Source of the DNA: a candidate division FCPU426 bacterium
GTDB taxonomy: Bacteria > Oederibacteriota > Muellerivitia > Muellerivitales > Muellerivitaceae
Direction of reading: 5' to 3'
NCBI GenBank assembly: GCA_963847625.1
Contig: CAWKAR010000038.1
Location: 32,001 to 96,000 of the forward strand
Length of the DNA: 64,000 nt
The translations under genes and the position numbers were made by a program. Positions 28,280 to 38,676 of this stretch are shown here, one piece after another; position 1 is the first letter of the stretch, and every line of letters begins with the position of its first letter. Below the pieces are notes generated by a model, which saw only the letters and a list, made by a program, of their open reading frames with translations, had not been told where the DNA came from and did not search any database.

Positions 28280-28400
28280 AAAAAGCAGTATAAAAGTGAA
28301 AAAAAGGGAAATCCACATAAGCCTGCTGTGGGTATAATGGACATAGGCTAGTCATTCGGGTCAAAAGCGGTGTTTTAAAACCAGCCTTGGAGAGGTGATT

Positions 28401-29799
28401 ATGAAGTGCCCCGGCTGCGGGTTTGAACAGGCGGATGGGCGCATTGATTGCGACCGTTGCGGCCTAGTCTTTGAAAAATGGCATCAACGGCATCCAGACC
28501 CTGCTCCCCCGGCTGAAACCCCGGCGGTCACAACGGAAAGCACTCCCTCTCCCGCTGCACCGGCGCCCGTAAAAGAAGAAGCGAAAAAGCCGGTTCTCGT
28601 TACCTTGCCGATTCCCGAGAAAAAACCAACCGCCCCCGCGCAGGTTCCAGTAAAAGCAGAGGGAAGTAAACCAGCCTCTATACCAACTCCGGCCCCCGTT
28701 TCCACCCCGATCCCGGAGAAAAAACCTCCCGTCTCCGCCCCGGCCAAGAAAGCCGAAGCGGACAAGCCCGCTGCCGCGATCCCGGTGTGGAGTCCCGAGC
28801 CGGAAATGCCGTCCCGCCGTCCCCCAAAAACCCAGCCTCTTGTCGGGAAAATGTCATTCTTTGTCCTCATGGGGGCGGTGGTATTGGTTATAGCTTTATA
28901 TGTTCTTGTGAATTACCTATCAACCGAATCCGGAAAGCATGGACCCCGTTGTCTGGTGACCTGGGGCGAAGAACGGGGAAGACCAGGGTCAAATGGACAT
29001 GCCCATCGCGGTGGCGGTCGACCAAGACCGGAACCTCTACCTCTCGGACCAAGGCAACAACCGGATCCAAAAATTCGATTCCAACGGCACGTTTCAACTC
29101 GCGTGGGGCGGGTCCGGGACAGCCGCGGGCAAGTTTAATAGACCCGTCCAGTTGGCGGTGGATTCAAAAAGTTTCCTGTATGTCGTGGATGGCGGCAACC
29201 ATCGGATCCAAAAATTCGACCTGAACGGGAACTACCAGGCGACGTGGGGGGGATTCGGCACGGACCCGGGCCAATTCAACCAGCCCTGGGGGCTGGCCAT
29301 CAGTTCCAAGGATGAGGTTTATGTGACGGACCAAAACAACCACCGGGTGGAGAAATTCACCGCGGATGGGACATTGATCAAAGTCTGGGGCGCCAATGGA
29401 AAGGACCAGGGGTCCTTCATTCAACCACACGGGATTGCGGTGGATTTGGATGGAAACATTTACGTGGCGGATTACTCCGAGCGAATCCAAAAGTTCGATA
29501 CCAACGGGGCCTTTATCGCTCAAATCGGGGGATTTGGACAGGAACCAGGCCAGTTCCACAAAATCCAAGGATTAGCCTTGGACAAAACCGGCCGCATATA
29601 CGTGGCCGATGGTGGAAATTACCGGGTCCAGGTATTTGACGCCCAATTAAAACCATTGGTAGCATGGGGGCACTTGGGTGGTAAGCCGGGGTTCTTCAAC
29701 TTTCCCGGCGGGGTCGCGGTGGACTCGAGCGGGTTTATCTATGTAACGGATTGCCAAAACGACCGGATCCAGAAGTTCGCGGAACTCAAAAACCAATAG
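28401..29799 (+). pseudogene. Zinc-ribbon / Pro-rich / TM / NHL-repeat protein split by a 1-bp frameshift near 28965
   Basis: ORF 28395-29138 gives CPGC..CDRC, Pro-rich linker and TM; the +1 frame continues KNGEDQGQMDMPIAVAVD into NHL repeats ending at 29799. Confidence 0.75.
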
Positions 29800-29918
29800 T
29801 TAAATCCTACGCGGCCGGATACGTTACCGATGGGTTGGTTCCCGCTATGAGCCCGGCATCTTCCCCGAAAAAATTTTCTCATTTTGCTTTTTCAGCAGCC
29901 CGCAATAGGAATTAGGGA

Positions 29919-30500
29919 TTGAATAAAATCAGAAGAGTCTTTATCCAGGGGATCGGTCTCGGGCTTGGGGCCGGCCTATGTTCAGCGGGGGCACTGGCGC
30001 TGATCTTTAAAACCACCCATGGCGGCAGTCCGCAGGGCCATCCGGGATATTTCACCTTCTATTTCCTGGGGGTGGGAGCCCTCCTGGGGTTGATCGGCGG
30101 ATGGTGCCTGGCCCTGCAACTGGTTTTAAACCAACTTTTAAGCTCGCTTTTCCTCCAAATCTCCCGGTTGATTCCCTTGACCACCTCCCTGATCGGCCAG
30201 GAATGGGCCGCCAAAATGGAAATTTTTTTCCAGGAAGTCTTGAAGCCGTTGCCCGCATTCTTCGGGAAGCTGGTGGAGTTTTTCCTGGTCCGCCGGTTCA
30301 GGAATTACACTAGGATAAACAAGGCCATCTTCAAGGCCAAGAACAAGCAGAACCTCCCGGCCTATTCGCCGGAGTGGATGGCCCGGGTGGTATTGCATTA
30401 TTTATTGGAACCTTTATGGCTACTATTTTACCTGGCCTACGCGGTTCTATTTTTAACCGCTTTTATGTTTTTATCGTTGCCCTTTATCAGGGGTGGCTGA
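29919..30500 (+). CDS. Hypothetical membrane protein
   Basis: 193-aa ORF with about three TM helices. Confidence 0.6.
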   Translation: MNKIRRVFIQGIGLGLGAGLCSAGALALIFKTTHGGSPQGHPGYFTFYFLGVGALLGLIGGWCLALQLVLNQLLSSLFLQISRLIPLTTSLIGQEWAAKMEIFFQEVLKPLPAFFGKLVEFFLVRRFRNYTRINKAIFKAKNKQNLPAYSPEWMARVVLHYLLEPLWLLFYLAYAVLFLTAFMFLSLPFIRGG

Positions 30501-30720
30501 GAACTTTCAACGGTTCCATTTGAAATAACAGAATGGAAGGTTTTACGGGAAGCTGTAACTTCCTCATTTGTCACCCGGCGTCCCTCCGCCCATTGGGGGG
30601 ATATGGGTTGTTGGTGGAGGCCCCGCGGTTTGTTATCATGCCAAGACCTTTGAGCGCTCAGAGGGTTCAACCTCAAATCAAATGTTGAAAAAAATTTTCC
30701 GAATAACTTGAGGAGTAATT

Positions 30721-31518
30721 TTGAAAACCCCTTTATACGAAAAATGGAAAAACGCGCAAGCCCAATGGGATGACGAGGAATACCTGAAGTCCCTCACCTC
30801 CCTGATGAAACTTCGCTACAAGCGTCTTGACGCGAAAGCGCATGGGATTTTTCAGGAACAATTCCAAAACCGGTTTTCAGATTCAGGGAGTAGAAAGCCC
30901 CTGCTGTTGGACCTGGGGTGCGGCCGGTCGGAATTCGGGGCTTATCTTCATGCTGCATGGAAAAAGGACCCGGAAAAAGCCCCGTGGAATTACCTCGGGA
31001 TCGAACCTTCCCTGGTGCAGTTGAATCACCGCGATGTCGAGAGCCTCGGCTGGGGTTTCCTCCAGGCCCTGGGGGAACAGGTGCCCCTGCAGGATATGGC
31101 CTGCGAGGGTGTCCTGGTCAAGGAGGTGATCGACCATTGCTATGATCCCTTGGGGGTGTTCCGGGAAGCCCACCGGATTTTAAAACCCGGGGGGGTTTTC
31201 GTGGCGACGGTGACGAACGACCGGAGCTATTTCAAACGCCTGTTTCCCGGGATGAACCGGAAGCTGAAGGAAAAACAAACCGACCATTTATTTTTTTTCG
31301 GGCCGGAAGAACTGAAAAAAATGGCCTTGGAGGCGCAGTTTGACAGCGTTCAAACCCAAACCTATAATTACCTGAAATTGCCGCGCTCATTGGAAAAACT
31401 CCTGGGCTTTTCAGGGGAACCCTTCAATCGTCTTCTGCTGGAAATAACGGACCGCGCCGGCCAAGCCCTTTTGCCGGGTTTGGGCGGCGGTATTCTTCTG
31501 AAAGCAGTGAAAAAATGA
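30721..31518 (+). CDS. Class I SAM-dependent methyltransferase
   Basis: LLDLGCGRS, GIEPS, VIDH, RILKPGG; GAGGAG upstream. Confidence 0.88.
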   Translation: MKTPLYEKWKNAQAQWDDEEYLKSLTSLMKLRYKRLDAKAHGIFQEQFQNRFSDSGSRKPLLLDLGCGRSEFGAYLHAAWKKDPEKAPWNYLGIEPSLVQLNHRDVESLGWGFLQALGEQVPLQDMACEGVLVKEVIDHCYDPLGVFREAHRILKPGGVFVATVTNDRSYFKRLFPGMNRKLKEKQTDHLFFFGPEELKKMALEAQFDSVQTQTYNYLKLPRSLEKLLGFSGEPFNRLLLEITDRAGQALLPGLGGGILLKAVKK

Positions 31519-31537
31519 AATCTGTCAAAGGGAAAAA

Positions 31538-31699
31538 ATGAACCCAGAACTCCTGAATATCCTGATCTGCCCGGCCTGCGGCGCCTCCGTGCGCGAGAAA
31601 GATAACGCCATCGAATGCACCGACTGCAAGAACCGGTATCCCATCATCAATGGAATTCCTGCCCTCATTGTGGACCGTGCGGAAAAAGCCAAGTCCTGA
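31538..31699 (+). CDS. Trm112/YcaR-family zinc-ribbon protein (53 aa)
   Basis: Not in the ORF track; manual translation MNPELLNILICPACGASVREKDNAIECTDCKNRYPIINGIPALIVDRAEKAKS. Confidence 0.88.
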   Translation: MNPELLNILICPACGASVREKDNAIECTDCKNRYPIINGIPALIVDRAEKAKS

Positions 31700-32804
31700 T
31701 CCCCTGAGGATCGGAATCGATGCCAGGCTGGCCTACCACCGCGGCGTGGGAACCTATGCCGCCAACCTGATCATCGCCCTATCCAAAACCGACCCGAGAA
31801 ACGAATATTCGCTTTTTAACGCCCCGCCATTACTCAAAGAAAAGGTTCAAAACCGGAATTTCCAATGGGTGGATCTGCCGCCCAAAAACCCCGCCTACTA
31901 CGAACAAATTCAATTGCCCCGCGCCGCCCGCGAAAGGAAACTGGATTTCCTCCATTACGTGGACAATACCGCCACCTTGTTTGATCCCTTCCCCTACGTG
32001 TTGACCCTGCATGATGTCATGCATGAAAGGCCCCTGAGGGATGTGCGGGTTAAGCCGACCCTCCGCCAGCGCTTCCTCCACCTTTACAAAAAGTGGTTCA
32101 CTCCCCGGTCGGCGTTAAAAGCCAAGGCCATCATTACCATTTCGGAATATTCCAAAAGGAGCATCGTGGAAAAAATAGGCCTTCCTTCCGGGAAAATCCA
32201 CGTTATTCCCGAGGGGGTCGACCAGGAGTTATTTGTTTATACCAGGAGGAAACACTCGAAGATCTTTAAGATTCTGGTTCAAGGGGCCACGGATGAAAGG
32301 AAGAACCTTGCGAACATCCTGAAGGCGGCCCGGATCCTGAAGGGACAGGGAAAACTATTCCAGCTGGTCGTGATCGGCATGGACCTGGGGGATTTGAAAC
32401 AATCCCATTGCCTCGACCAGACCATCGAAATGGAACTCGGACCGCAAGTGGAATGGGTGGGGAATGTGCCATTTGATGTTTTGAAAGAGATTTACTCCGG
32501 GGTGGACCTGTTCCTTTACCCATCCAAGATCGAGGGATTCGGATTACCCCTGCTGGAAGCCTTTGCCTGCGGGGTTCCTGTCATCACCTCCAACCGGACG
32601 GCCCTGCCCGAGACCGCAGGGGAGGCGGCCCTTCTGGTGGATCCTGAGAGCCCGGAAAGCATTTCCGAGGCGGTAAAACAAATCATGGAAAAACCGTCCT
32701 TGAGAAAACGCCTGGTGGAAAAGGGCCTTAAAAGGGCTGAGGAATTTTCATGGGAAAGAACGGCCCGATTGACCCGAAAGGTTTACGAGGGAATAGTTCC
32801 ATGA
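31650..32804 (+). CDS. Glycosyltransferase family 4 (true start probably slightly downstream)
   Basis: RIGIDAR, GVGTY, TLHD, RKN, YPSKIEGFGLPLLEAFACG, FSWERTA. Confidence 0.92.
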   Translation: MEFLPSLWTVRKKPSPDPLRIGIDARLAYHRGVGTYAANLIIALSKTDPRNEYSLFNAPPLLKEKVQNRNFQWVDLPPKNPAYYEQIQLPRAARERKLDFLHYVDNTATLFDPFPYVLTLHDVMHERPLRDVRVKPTLRQRFLHLYKKWFTPRSALKAKAIITISEYSKRSIVEKIGLPSGKIHVIPEGVDQELFVYTRRKHSKIFKILVQGATDERKNLANILKAARILKGQGKLFQLVVIGMDLGDLKQSHCLDQTIEMELGPQVEWVGNVPFDVLKEIYSGVDLFLYPSKIEGFGLPLLEAFACGVPVITSNRTALPETAGEAALLVDPESPESISEAVKQIMEKPSLRKRLVEKGLKRAEEFSWERTARLTRKVYEGIVP

Positions 32805-34546
32805 GGCGATCGCTCAATATTCTCATTTTTTTATTGGAAGGCATTTCGATTTTTGCCTTTCTTCTCATGTCCCCGCTTTCCACCCCCTGGCTGGAATCGG
32901 CTCCTGGGTTTATCCTGGCGTTCATCCTATTTGGCGCCGTGGTTCTCCTGGAGGCCGCCCTGGCCCGCTGGATCATCGGCGGTAAGGACTTATTGAGATT
33001 CATTCGCCCCGTCCTTTTCACCCATTTATTCTGGCTTTTTTCCTGGGTCTGGCCCTGGGTCGAGCCAATGAACTTACCTCCCCCCCACAATTTCGACCTG
33101 AGGAAAATCCAGACCCTTCTAGGGGTCATAGTGATCTCCCACCTGTTCGCTTATTCCGCCTGGCTAATTGCAAAAGCAAGGCATAACGGCTGGACCGTTT
33201 CCAAGACCTTCGGGTGCGTGGCGGCGTTCTTCTTCATCGGGACGACCCTTTGGACCGCATCGGTTTGCGATTTGAGCGGCGATGAGCCCCATTATCTCCT
33301 GATGGCTTACAGCCTGATCCATGACGGGGATCTGGACTTGGCCAACAATTACCAAAACAAGGACTACTTGAATTTTTACAAACGGGGCACGCTCGAGCCG
33401 CAGGGGCTGGACCACCTTGAAAAAGGGAAAATTTTCAGCTTTCATCCCCTCGGCCCGGCCCTTTTGGTTTTGCCGGGGTTCCTTTTAGGCGGGCGGTTGG
33501 GAGCCGCGCTGATCATGTCGCTTTTGGCGGCTCTGACCCTGTTCCTGACGATGAAGGTTTTGGAAGTTTCGGGAGCACATGGGCCGCCCCTTCAAGCCGT
33601 CGGCTGGGTGGGCCTCTTCTCAAGCCCAGTCCTTTTATTTTCAGGGCTTGTTTACCCGGAAGTCCCGACGGCTTTTCTCGTCATCTTGAGCCTCCTGCTT
33701 TTTTTGAAAAAACGCTGGGGTTGGTTGGGGTTTTGCCTCGGGATTTTGCTTTGGGTTCACAACCGCAACGTCCTTTTGGTCATGCCGATGATGGCGGTTT
33801 TGGGATACGAATGGTTTCGGGAAGGGAACGATAAATGGGGCAAGGCGTGGAGATCAACCGTGGGATTCTTCATTCCGGCCTTCCTTCTTATTCTTTATTT
33901 TGAAAAGATGTACGGGGTCTTCACGCCTTTGGGCGCCCACCATGAACCCTTTCTCTCCCTGTTTCCTTACCAAAGGTTTTTTACGGGTTTCTTCGGATTG
34001 ATTCTTGACCAGGAATGCGGCCTTTGGTTCCATTTTCCGGTTTTCGCCCTGATGGTGACCGGCGGAATCCTTCTATTCCGGTCCACCAGTCCCCTCAAAG
34101 GCTTCATTCTGGCAACCTTTTGTTTTTATTATTTATTCATGTGTTTTTATGAGAACCTGGGTCTGGCGCCGGCCACCCGCTATATGGTCGGGATCACGCC
34201 CCTCTTATGGGTGATGCTTTACCCGGCGTTTGAAAAGATCAAAGCCTGGGATTTTTGGGCCAAACTGACCCTTGGTTCCTTCGCATTGGGTATGGCGGTG
34301 AACTGGGCATTGTGCGCTGTTCCCTGGATTCGCTATAACAAATTGCAGGAAGGGAATTTAATCTTAATCCTCCTGGGGAAATTTCTTCACATGCCCCTGG
34401 CCGAGTGGGAACCGATGTTCCAGGTTTCCACGGTAGAAATCAAAAGCTACCTTTTAAGCGCGTTTTGGGTCCTGGTCACTGTCCTATTGTCCATTCTATT
34501 TTTGAAAACGGAAGCCAAAAATCCGAGTGAAGGAAAGGGCTCTTGA
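32801..34546 (+). CDS. Polytopic membrane protein, ArnT/PMT-like (GT-C) glycosyltransferase candidate
   Basis: GDEPHYLL (DE motif), DGDLDLANNY, YPEVP, RY near C-terminus; many TM helices; ATGA overlap with the GT4 gene. Confidence 0.7.
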   Translation: MRRSLNILIFLLEGISIFAFLLMSPLSTPWLESAPGFILAFILFGAVVLLEAALARWIIGGKDLLRFIRPVLFTHLFWLFSWVWPWVEPMNLPPPHNFDLRKIQTLLGVIVISHLFAYSAWLIAKARHNGWTVSKTFGCVAAFFFIGTTLWTASVCDLSGDEPHYLLMAYSLIHDGDLDLANNYQNKDYLNFYKRGTLEPQGLDHLEKGKIFSFHPLGPALLVLPGFLLGGRLGAALIMSLLAALTLFLTMKVLEVSGAHGPPLQAVGWVGLFSSPVLLFSGLVYPEVPTAFLVILSLLLFLKKRWGWLGFCLGILLWVHNRNVLLVMPMMAVLGYEWFREGNDKWGKAWRSTVGFFIPAFLLILYFEKMYGVFTPLGAHHEPFLSLFPYQRFFTGFFGLILDQECGLWFHFPVFALMVTGGILLFRSTSPLKGFILATFCFYYLFMCFYENLGLAPATRYMVGITPLLWVMLYPAFEKIKAWDFWAKLTLGSFALGMAVNWALCAVPWIRYNKLQEGNLILILLGKFLHMPLAEWEPMFQVSTVEIKSYLLSAFWVLVTVLLSILFLKTEAKNPSEGKGS

Positions 34547-35784
34547 ACATCCTGGTATTAACTCCCCTTGTCCCCTTTCCACCCCACGACGGGGACCGGC
34601 TTCGGCTGTATCATTTCCTCCGGTACCTCAAGGGAAGGGGCCATGTCATCGATCTTTTCTGCCTGACCCGCCATCGGGCCGATCTTGAGAATGCCAACAC
34701 GGTCCGGCCGTTGTGCAGGAGCCTTTATGTGGAATACCTTTCCAACGCAGATTTGTTCTTCAACCTGATCGGCGGAATTCTCATGGGCCAATCGCTCAAT
34801 GTTTCGGGATATTTCTCCCCGCATTTGAGGGAAGCGTTGAAGGATTATTGGAAAACAAACGAGGGAAAAAATACGGACGTGGTCCTGGCCCATCGGCTCC
34901 GCATGGCGCCGGCGGCTTTTGAAGGCTCTCCCCAAAAACCGGTGGTATTGGAATTAACCGACTGCCTGGCGGCCTACATGGAACGGCTCAAGGGGCAGAA
35001 GGGGGTCCGTTGGTCGCGGCGCTTGGCGGCCTGGTGGGACTATTGGTTCTTAAAGACCGAGGAATTGGATTGGATCCAGGCCTCGCATAAAACAACGGTG
35101 ATTTCACCCCTGGATGCCCAGGTTTTATTGGAAAACGGAGCCGCCTTCGACAAACTGGAAATCCTCCCTAATGGAATCACCCGGAACCAACCCGGTAAGA
35201 ATAAACCACCGGCGATTTATCCGGGGGAAAAACCGGTTGTTTGTTTCGTCGGGAGCATGGAATACGCCGCCAACGAAGATGGGGCCCTGTGGTTTCTCAA
35301 GGGAATATGGCCCCTGGTCAAGCAAAAGGTTCCCGGGGCGGTATTTGCGGTGGTGGGAAAAGCGCCCCGTAAGGTTTTGAGCCGGTGGCATAACCACCAA
35401 GATGTATTTGTGACCGGATGGGTTCCTGAGGTGGATTCTTATCTCATGAACGCAGATGTATCGGTGGCACCTTTGCGCGTGGCTGCAGGGATGCAAAATA
35501 AGGTGGCCCATTCCATGTCTTTAGGAATTCCAGTTGTGGCAACCCCTTCGGCAGTGAAGTGGATGCCCCTTCATGTCCGTGAAGAAATGTTTATCGCCGA
35601 AGACGAGGAGACTTTCGCCCAGGCGGTCGTGGAGGTTTTGCTAAAATCCCATAAATATAGGATTCGCGCGGAAAAAGCGAAAAATTTAATCATCCGAAAT
35701 TTTAAATGGGAGGAATCAGGAAGAAAATTGGAAAGTCTTCTCAAGGATGCTGCTCGGAATTCAAAATCCAAAATTGAGTTTTAA
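34543..35784 (+). CDS. Glycosyltransferase family 4
   Basis: PFPPHDGDRLR, FVGSMEYAANEDG, VAPLRVAAGMQNKV, GIPVVAT. Confidence 0.88.
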   Translation: MNILVLTPLVPFPPHDGDRLRLYHFLRYLKGRGHVIDLFCLTRHRADLENANTVRPLCRSLYVEYLSNADLFFNLIGGILMGQSLNVSGYFSPHLREALKDYWKTNEGKNTDVVLAHRLRMAPAAFEGSPQKPVVLELTDCLAAYMERLKGQKGVRWSRRLAAWWDYWFLKTEELDWIQASHKTTVISPLDAQVLLENGAAFDKLEILPNGITRNQPGKNKPPAIYPGEKPVVCFVGSMEYAANEDGALWFLKGIWPLVKQKVPGAVFAVVGKAPRKVLSRWHNHQDVFVTGWVPEVDSYLMNADVSVAPLRVAAGMQNKVAHSMSLGIPVVATPSAVKWMPLHVREEMFIAEDEETFAQAVVEVLLKSHKYRIRAEKAKNLIIRNFKWEESGRKLESLLKDAARNSKSKIEF

Positions 35785-35870
35785 CTGAGTCGCGTGATTT
35801 TTCCAAACAAAGTCGTAGCGTCTATAAAATCAATTTTGTTTTTCCTTAATAAATATAGATCGGGGTTCCA

Positions 35871-37763
35871 ATGTGCGGAGTAGCCGGTTTCGTCCAATTT
35901 AAAGCGGGGATGCCTTTACAAAAAAACGACCTGGAGAAAATGACCGAAACCCTGGCTCATCGCGGGCCGGATGAAAGCGGGTTTTACCAAAAGGGGCCCG
36001 TGGGGCTGGGCATGACCCGGCTTTCGATCGTCGACGTGAAAGGGGGAAGCCAGCCCATATCCAACGAACGGGGAACCATCCATGTGGTTTTCAACGGAGA
36101 AATTTACAACCATTTGGAATTGAGGGTACCCCTGGAAAAAGCCGGGCACCGCTTCGCCACCCGGAGTGACACCGAAGTACTGGTTCATGCCTACGAAGAA
36201 TACGGCGACGCTTTTATCGGCAAGCTCCGGGGCATGTTCGCCTTTGCTCTTTGGGACGAGACATTTCAAAAATTAATCCTGGCGCGGGATCACATGGGCG
36301 TAAAACCGCTTTATTACACGACCGCCGATGGCTCTTTGCTCTTCGGTTCGGAGATCAAAGCGCTTCTGGCTATTCCCAAGGTCAAACGCCAGGTGGATTC
36401 AAAGCAAATCCTGACCCTGATGACCCTCCAATACGTGCCTTCCCCGGACACCCTGATCAAGGGGGTGCGGAAACTTCCGGCCGCCCATTACCTTATTTGC
36501 CAGTCGGGCCGAATTCTAGTCCGGCCTTTCTGGGAACTGCCGCACTTGGATAAGACCGGCGAGGGATCGGTGATCACCCGGGACCAGCAGAAGGAGTGGA
36601 TCGAGCGGTTGCAAACAATGTTATTCGCCTCCGTCAAAGAACAGCTCATGGCGGATGTCCCATTGGGGGCCTTCCTTTCAGGGGGAGTCGATTCTTCCCT
36701 GGTCGTGGCCGCCATGACCCACCAGACCCACCAACCCGTGAAGACTTACTCGGTGGGTTTTGAGAAAGAGGAGAATTTCAACGAACTCAAGTATTCCCAG
36801 AAAGTTTCCAGGTTTTTAAAAAGCCAACACCGGGAAATCATAGTGGATGCGAGCATGATGGGGGAACTCATCCCCAAATTGGTGAAATACCAGGACGATC
36901 CGGTCATAGATCCTGCGGTCCTGCCTACTTTCTTAGTATCCATGTTCGCGCGCCAGGAAGTGAAGGTGGTCCTGACCGGAGAGGGGGCCGACGAGCTTTT
37001 TGGGGGTTACCGCCGGTACTCATTCGACCGATTATCGGGAAGCGTTCAGTCCCTGCCGGGATGGCTGAAAAGTCTGGTGCCCTTTTTTACCGGAAGGATG
37101 AAGGATCCCTACCAACAAGCCTGGCAAGCCCTCCAAAAAGAGGATTTGGTGAAGAGGCATGTGGCCTGGTCCCGGCTTTGCCTGGAATCCACGCTGGATG
37201 AGCTCGCGGGGGAAAAACTTAAGTATGAAATGGAGCATCCCAAGGTCGAGGAAACTCTGGAAAAAATATTCGGTACTGCCGAGCCCTATGGGTTCGACAA
37301 CCTGAACTTGATGCTTTATATGGATCTGAAGACCTGGCTTCCGGATGACCTCCTCAACAAGGTGGACCGGATGAGCATGGCGGCTTCCCTGGAAGCACGA
37401 GTGCCTTATTTGGACCACCGTTTGGCCGAGTTCGCTTTTTCCCTGCCCTCTGAGGTGAAACTCAAAGGGGGCGTGGGGAAATACTTGTTGAAAAAAGCGG
37501 CTCAAAAATACCTTCCCCATGACATTATCTACCGTCAAAAAAAAGGTTTTGCCGTACCCCTGGGACCGTGGTTCAAAAAGGAATTGAAGCCTTTGCTAGT
37601 GGATACTTTCCACTCGGATAAGTTCAGGAACAGGGGATATTTTAACCTCGCCAAGACCGAGACTTTGCTTCAGGAGCATTTGGAAGGGAAAAAAGACCAC
37701 CATTTACTTCTATACGGCCTGCTTTTAGTGGAGTTTTGGCATAAAAGGTTTATGGATCACTAA
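35871..37763 (+). CDS. asnB: Asparagine synthase (glutamine-hydrolysing) family amidotransferase
   Basis: MCG N-terminus, HRGPD, RLSIVD, FNGEIYN, LSGGVDSS, GEGADELFGGY, DRMSMAASLEARVP. Confidence 0.95.
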   Translation: MCGVAGFVQFKAGMPLQKNDLEKMTETLAHRGPDESGFYQKGPVGLGMTRLSIVDVKGGSQPISNERGTIHVVFNGEIYNHLELRVPLEKAGHRFATRSDTEVLVHAYEEYGDAFIGKLRGMFAFALWDETFQKLILARDHMGVKPLYYTTADGSLLFGSEIKALLAIPKVKRQVDSKQILTLMTLQYVPSPDTLIKGVRKLPAAHYLICQSGRILVRPFWELPHLDKTGEGSVITRDQQKEWIERLQTMLFASVKEQLMADVPLGAFLSGGVDSSLVVAAMTHQTHQPVKTYSVGFEKEENFNELKYSQKVSRFLKSQHREIIVDASMMGELIPKLVKYQDDPVIDPAVLPTFLVSMFARQEVKVVLTGEGADELFGGYRRYSFDRLSGSVQSLPGWLKSLVPFFTGRMKDPYQQAWQALQKEDLVKRHVAWSRLCLESTLDELAGEKLKYEMEHPKVEETLEKIFGTAEPYGFDNLNLMLYMDLKTWLPDDLLNKVDRMSMAASLEARVPYLDHRLAEFAFSLPSEVKLKGGVGKYLLKKAAQKYLPHDIIYRQKKGFAVPLGPWFKKELKPLLVDTFHSDKFRNRGYFNLAKTETLLQEHLEGKKDHHLLLYGLLLVEFWHKRFMDH

Positions 37764-37975
37764 AACTTAACCCCCTCAGGAAATACCTTTTCCCCAGCGA
37801 CCATTTTTTTCAATTTGGAGTATTAAAAAAGGTAAATTTCTAAGTAAATTACTTTTTCGGTAAATTCTCATTAAAACTATCGACCAATTCATATCAACGG
37901 CTAGATTTCTCCCCTTTTTTGGAGATTATTTGAGGAAAAAGCTATAAAGCTGAATTATCGGAAAGGTTCCATCGT

Positions 37976-38004
37976 TTGACGTAAGCCAGTCTTTCGGGTA
38001 AAAT
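37976..38004 (+). promoter_or_regulatory. Sigma70-type promoter upstream of efp
   Basis: TTGACG-17 bp-TAAAAT. Confidence 0.65.
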
Positions 38005-38071
38005 AACCGCTTTGCGCCGGTCTCAATGATATAACTAACACGACAATTTAGTTTTTTTAGGAGTCGTTTTC

Positions 38072-38629
38072 ATGATTAGCGTGAATGATCTCAGGGCAGG
38101 AAATCTTTGTGAATTTGACGGCATACTCTTTCGAGTTGTTACCTACCAACATGTAAAGCCAGGTAAAGGCGGTGGCTTTGTTCGTTTGAAACTTAAAAAC
38201 GTAGAGCTGGGAACCGTAACAGATAAAACATTGGATAGTTGGGAAAAAGTACCTGAACCCCCGGTGGAAGAAAAAGAAATGCAATTTCTATATAAACAAG
38301 GTGACAAATTTGTGCTCATGGATACAGGCACCTATGAACAACTCGAATTGACTGATGAGGAGGTCGGGGAAGGCGCTAAATGGTTGAAAGAAGAAACCTC
38401 TATTGAGGTTCTTTTTTATAAGGGTCGTCCCATCAGCGTGAAATTGCCCATTACCGTTAACCTAAAAATTGTTTCCTCTGAGCCGGGAATAAAAGGGGAC
38501 CGGGTCTCCGGGGCAAATAAACCTGCTACTTTGGAAAGTGGAGCCATGATCCAGGTGCCACTTTTTGTCAATGAAGGAGATGTGATTAAAGTCGATACGC
38601 GAACCGGTGAATACCTGGAGCGGGTTTAA
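38072..38629 (+). CDS. efp: Elongation factor P
   Basis: HVKPGKG, PGIKGD, KPATLESG, VPLFV, KVDTRTGEY. Confidence 0.97.
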   Translation: MISVNDLRAGNLCEFDGILFRVVTYQHVKPGKGGGFVRLKLKNVELGTVTDKTLDSWEKVPEPPVEEKEMQFLYKQGDKFVLMDTGTYEQLELTDEEVGEGAKWLKEETSIEVLFYKGRPISVKLPITVNLKIVSSEPGIKGDRVSGANKPATLESGAMIQVPLFVNEGDVIKVDTRTGEYLERV

Positions 38630-38676
38630 CACCGATTCTGTTGGTTGCCTCGAAGTCGAATGAAAAGGAGCAACAT

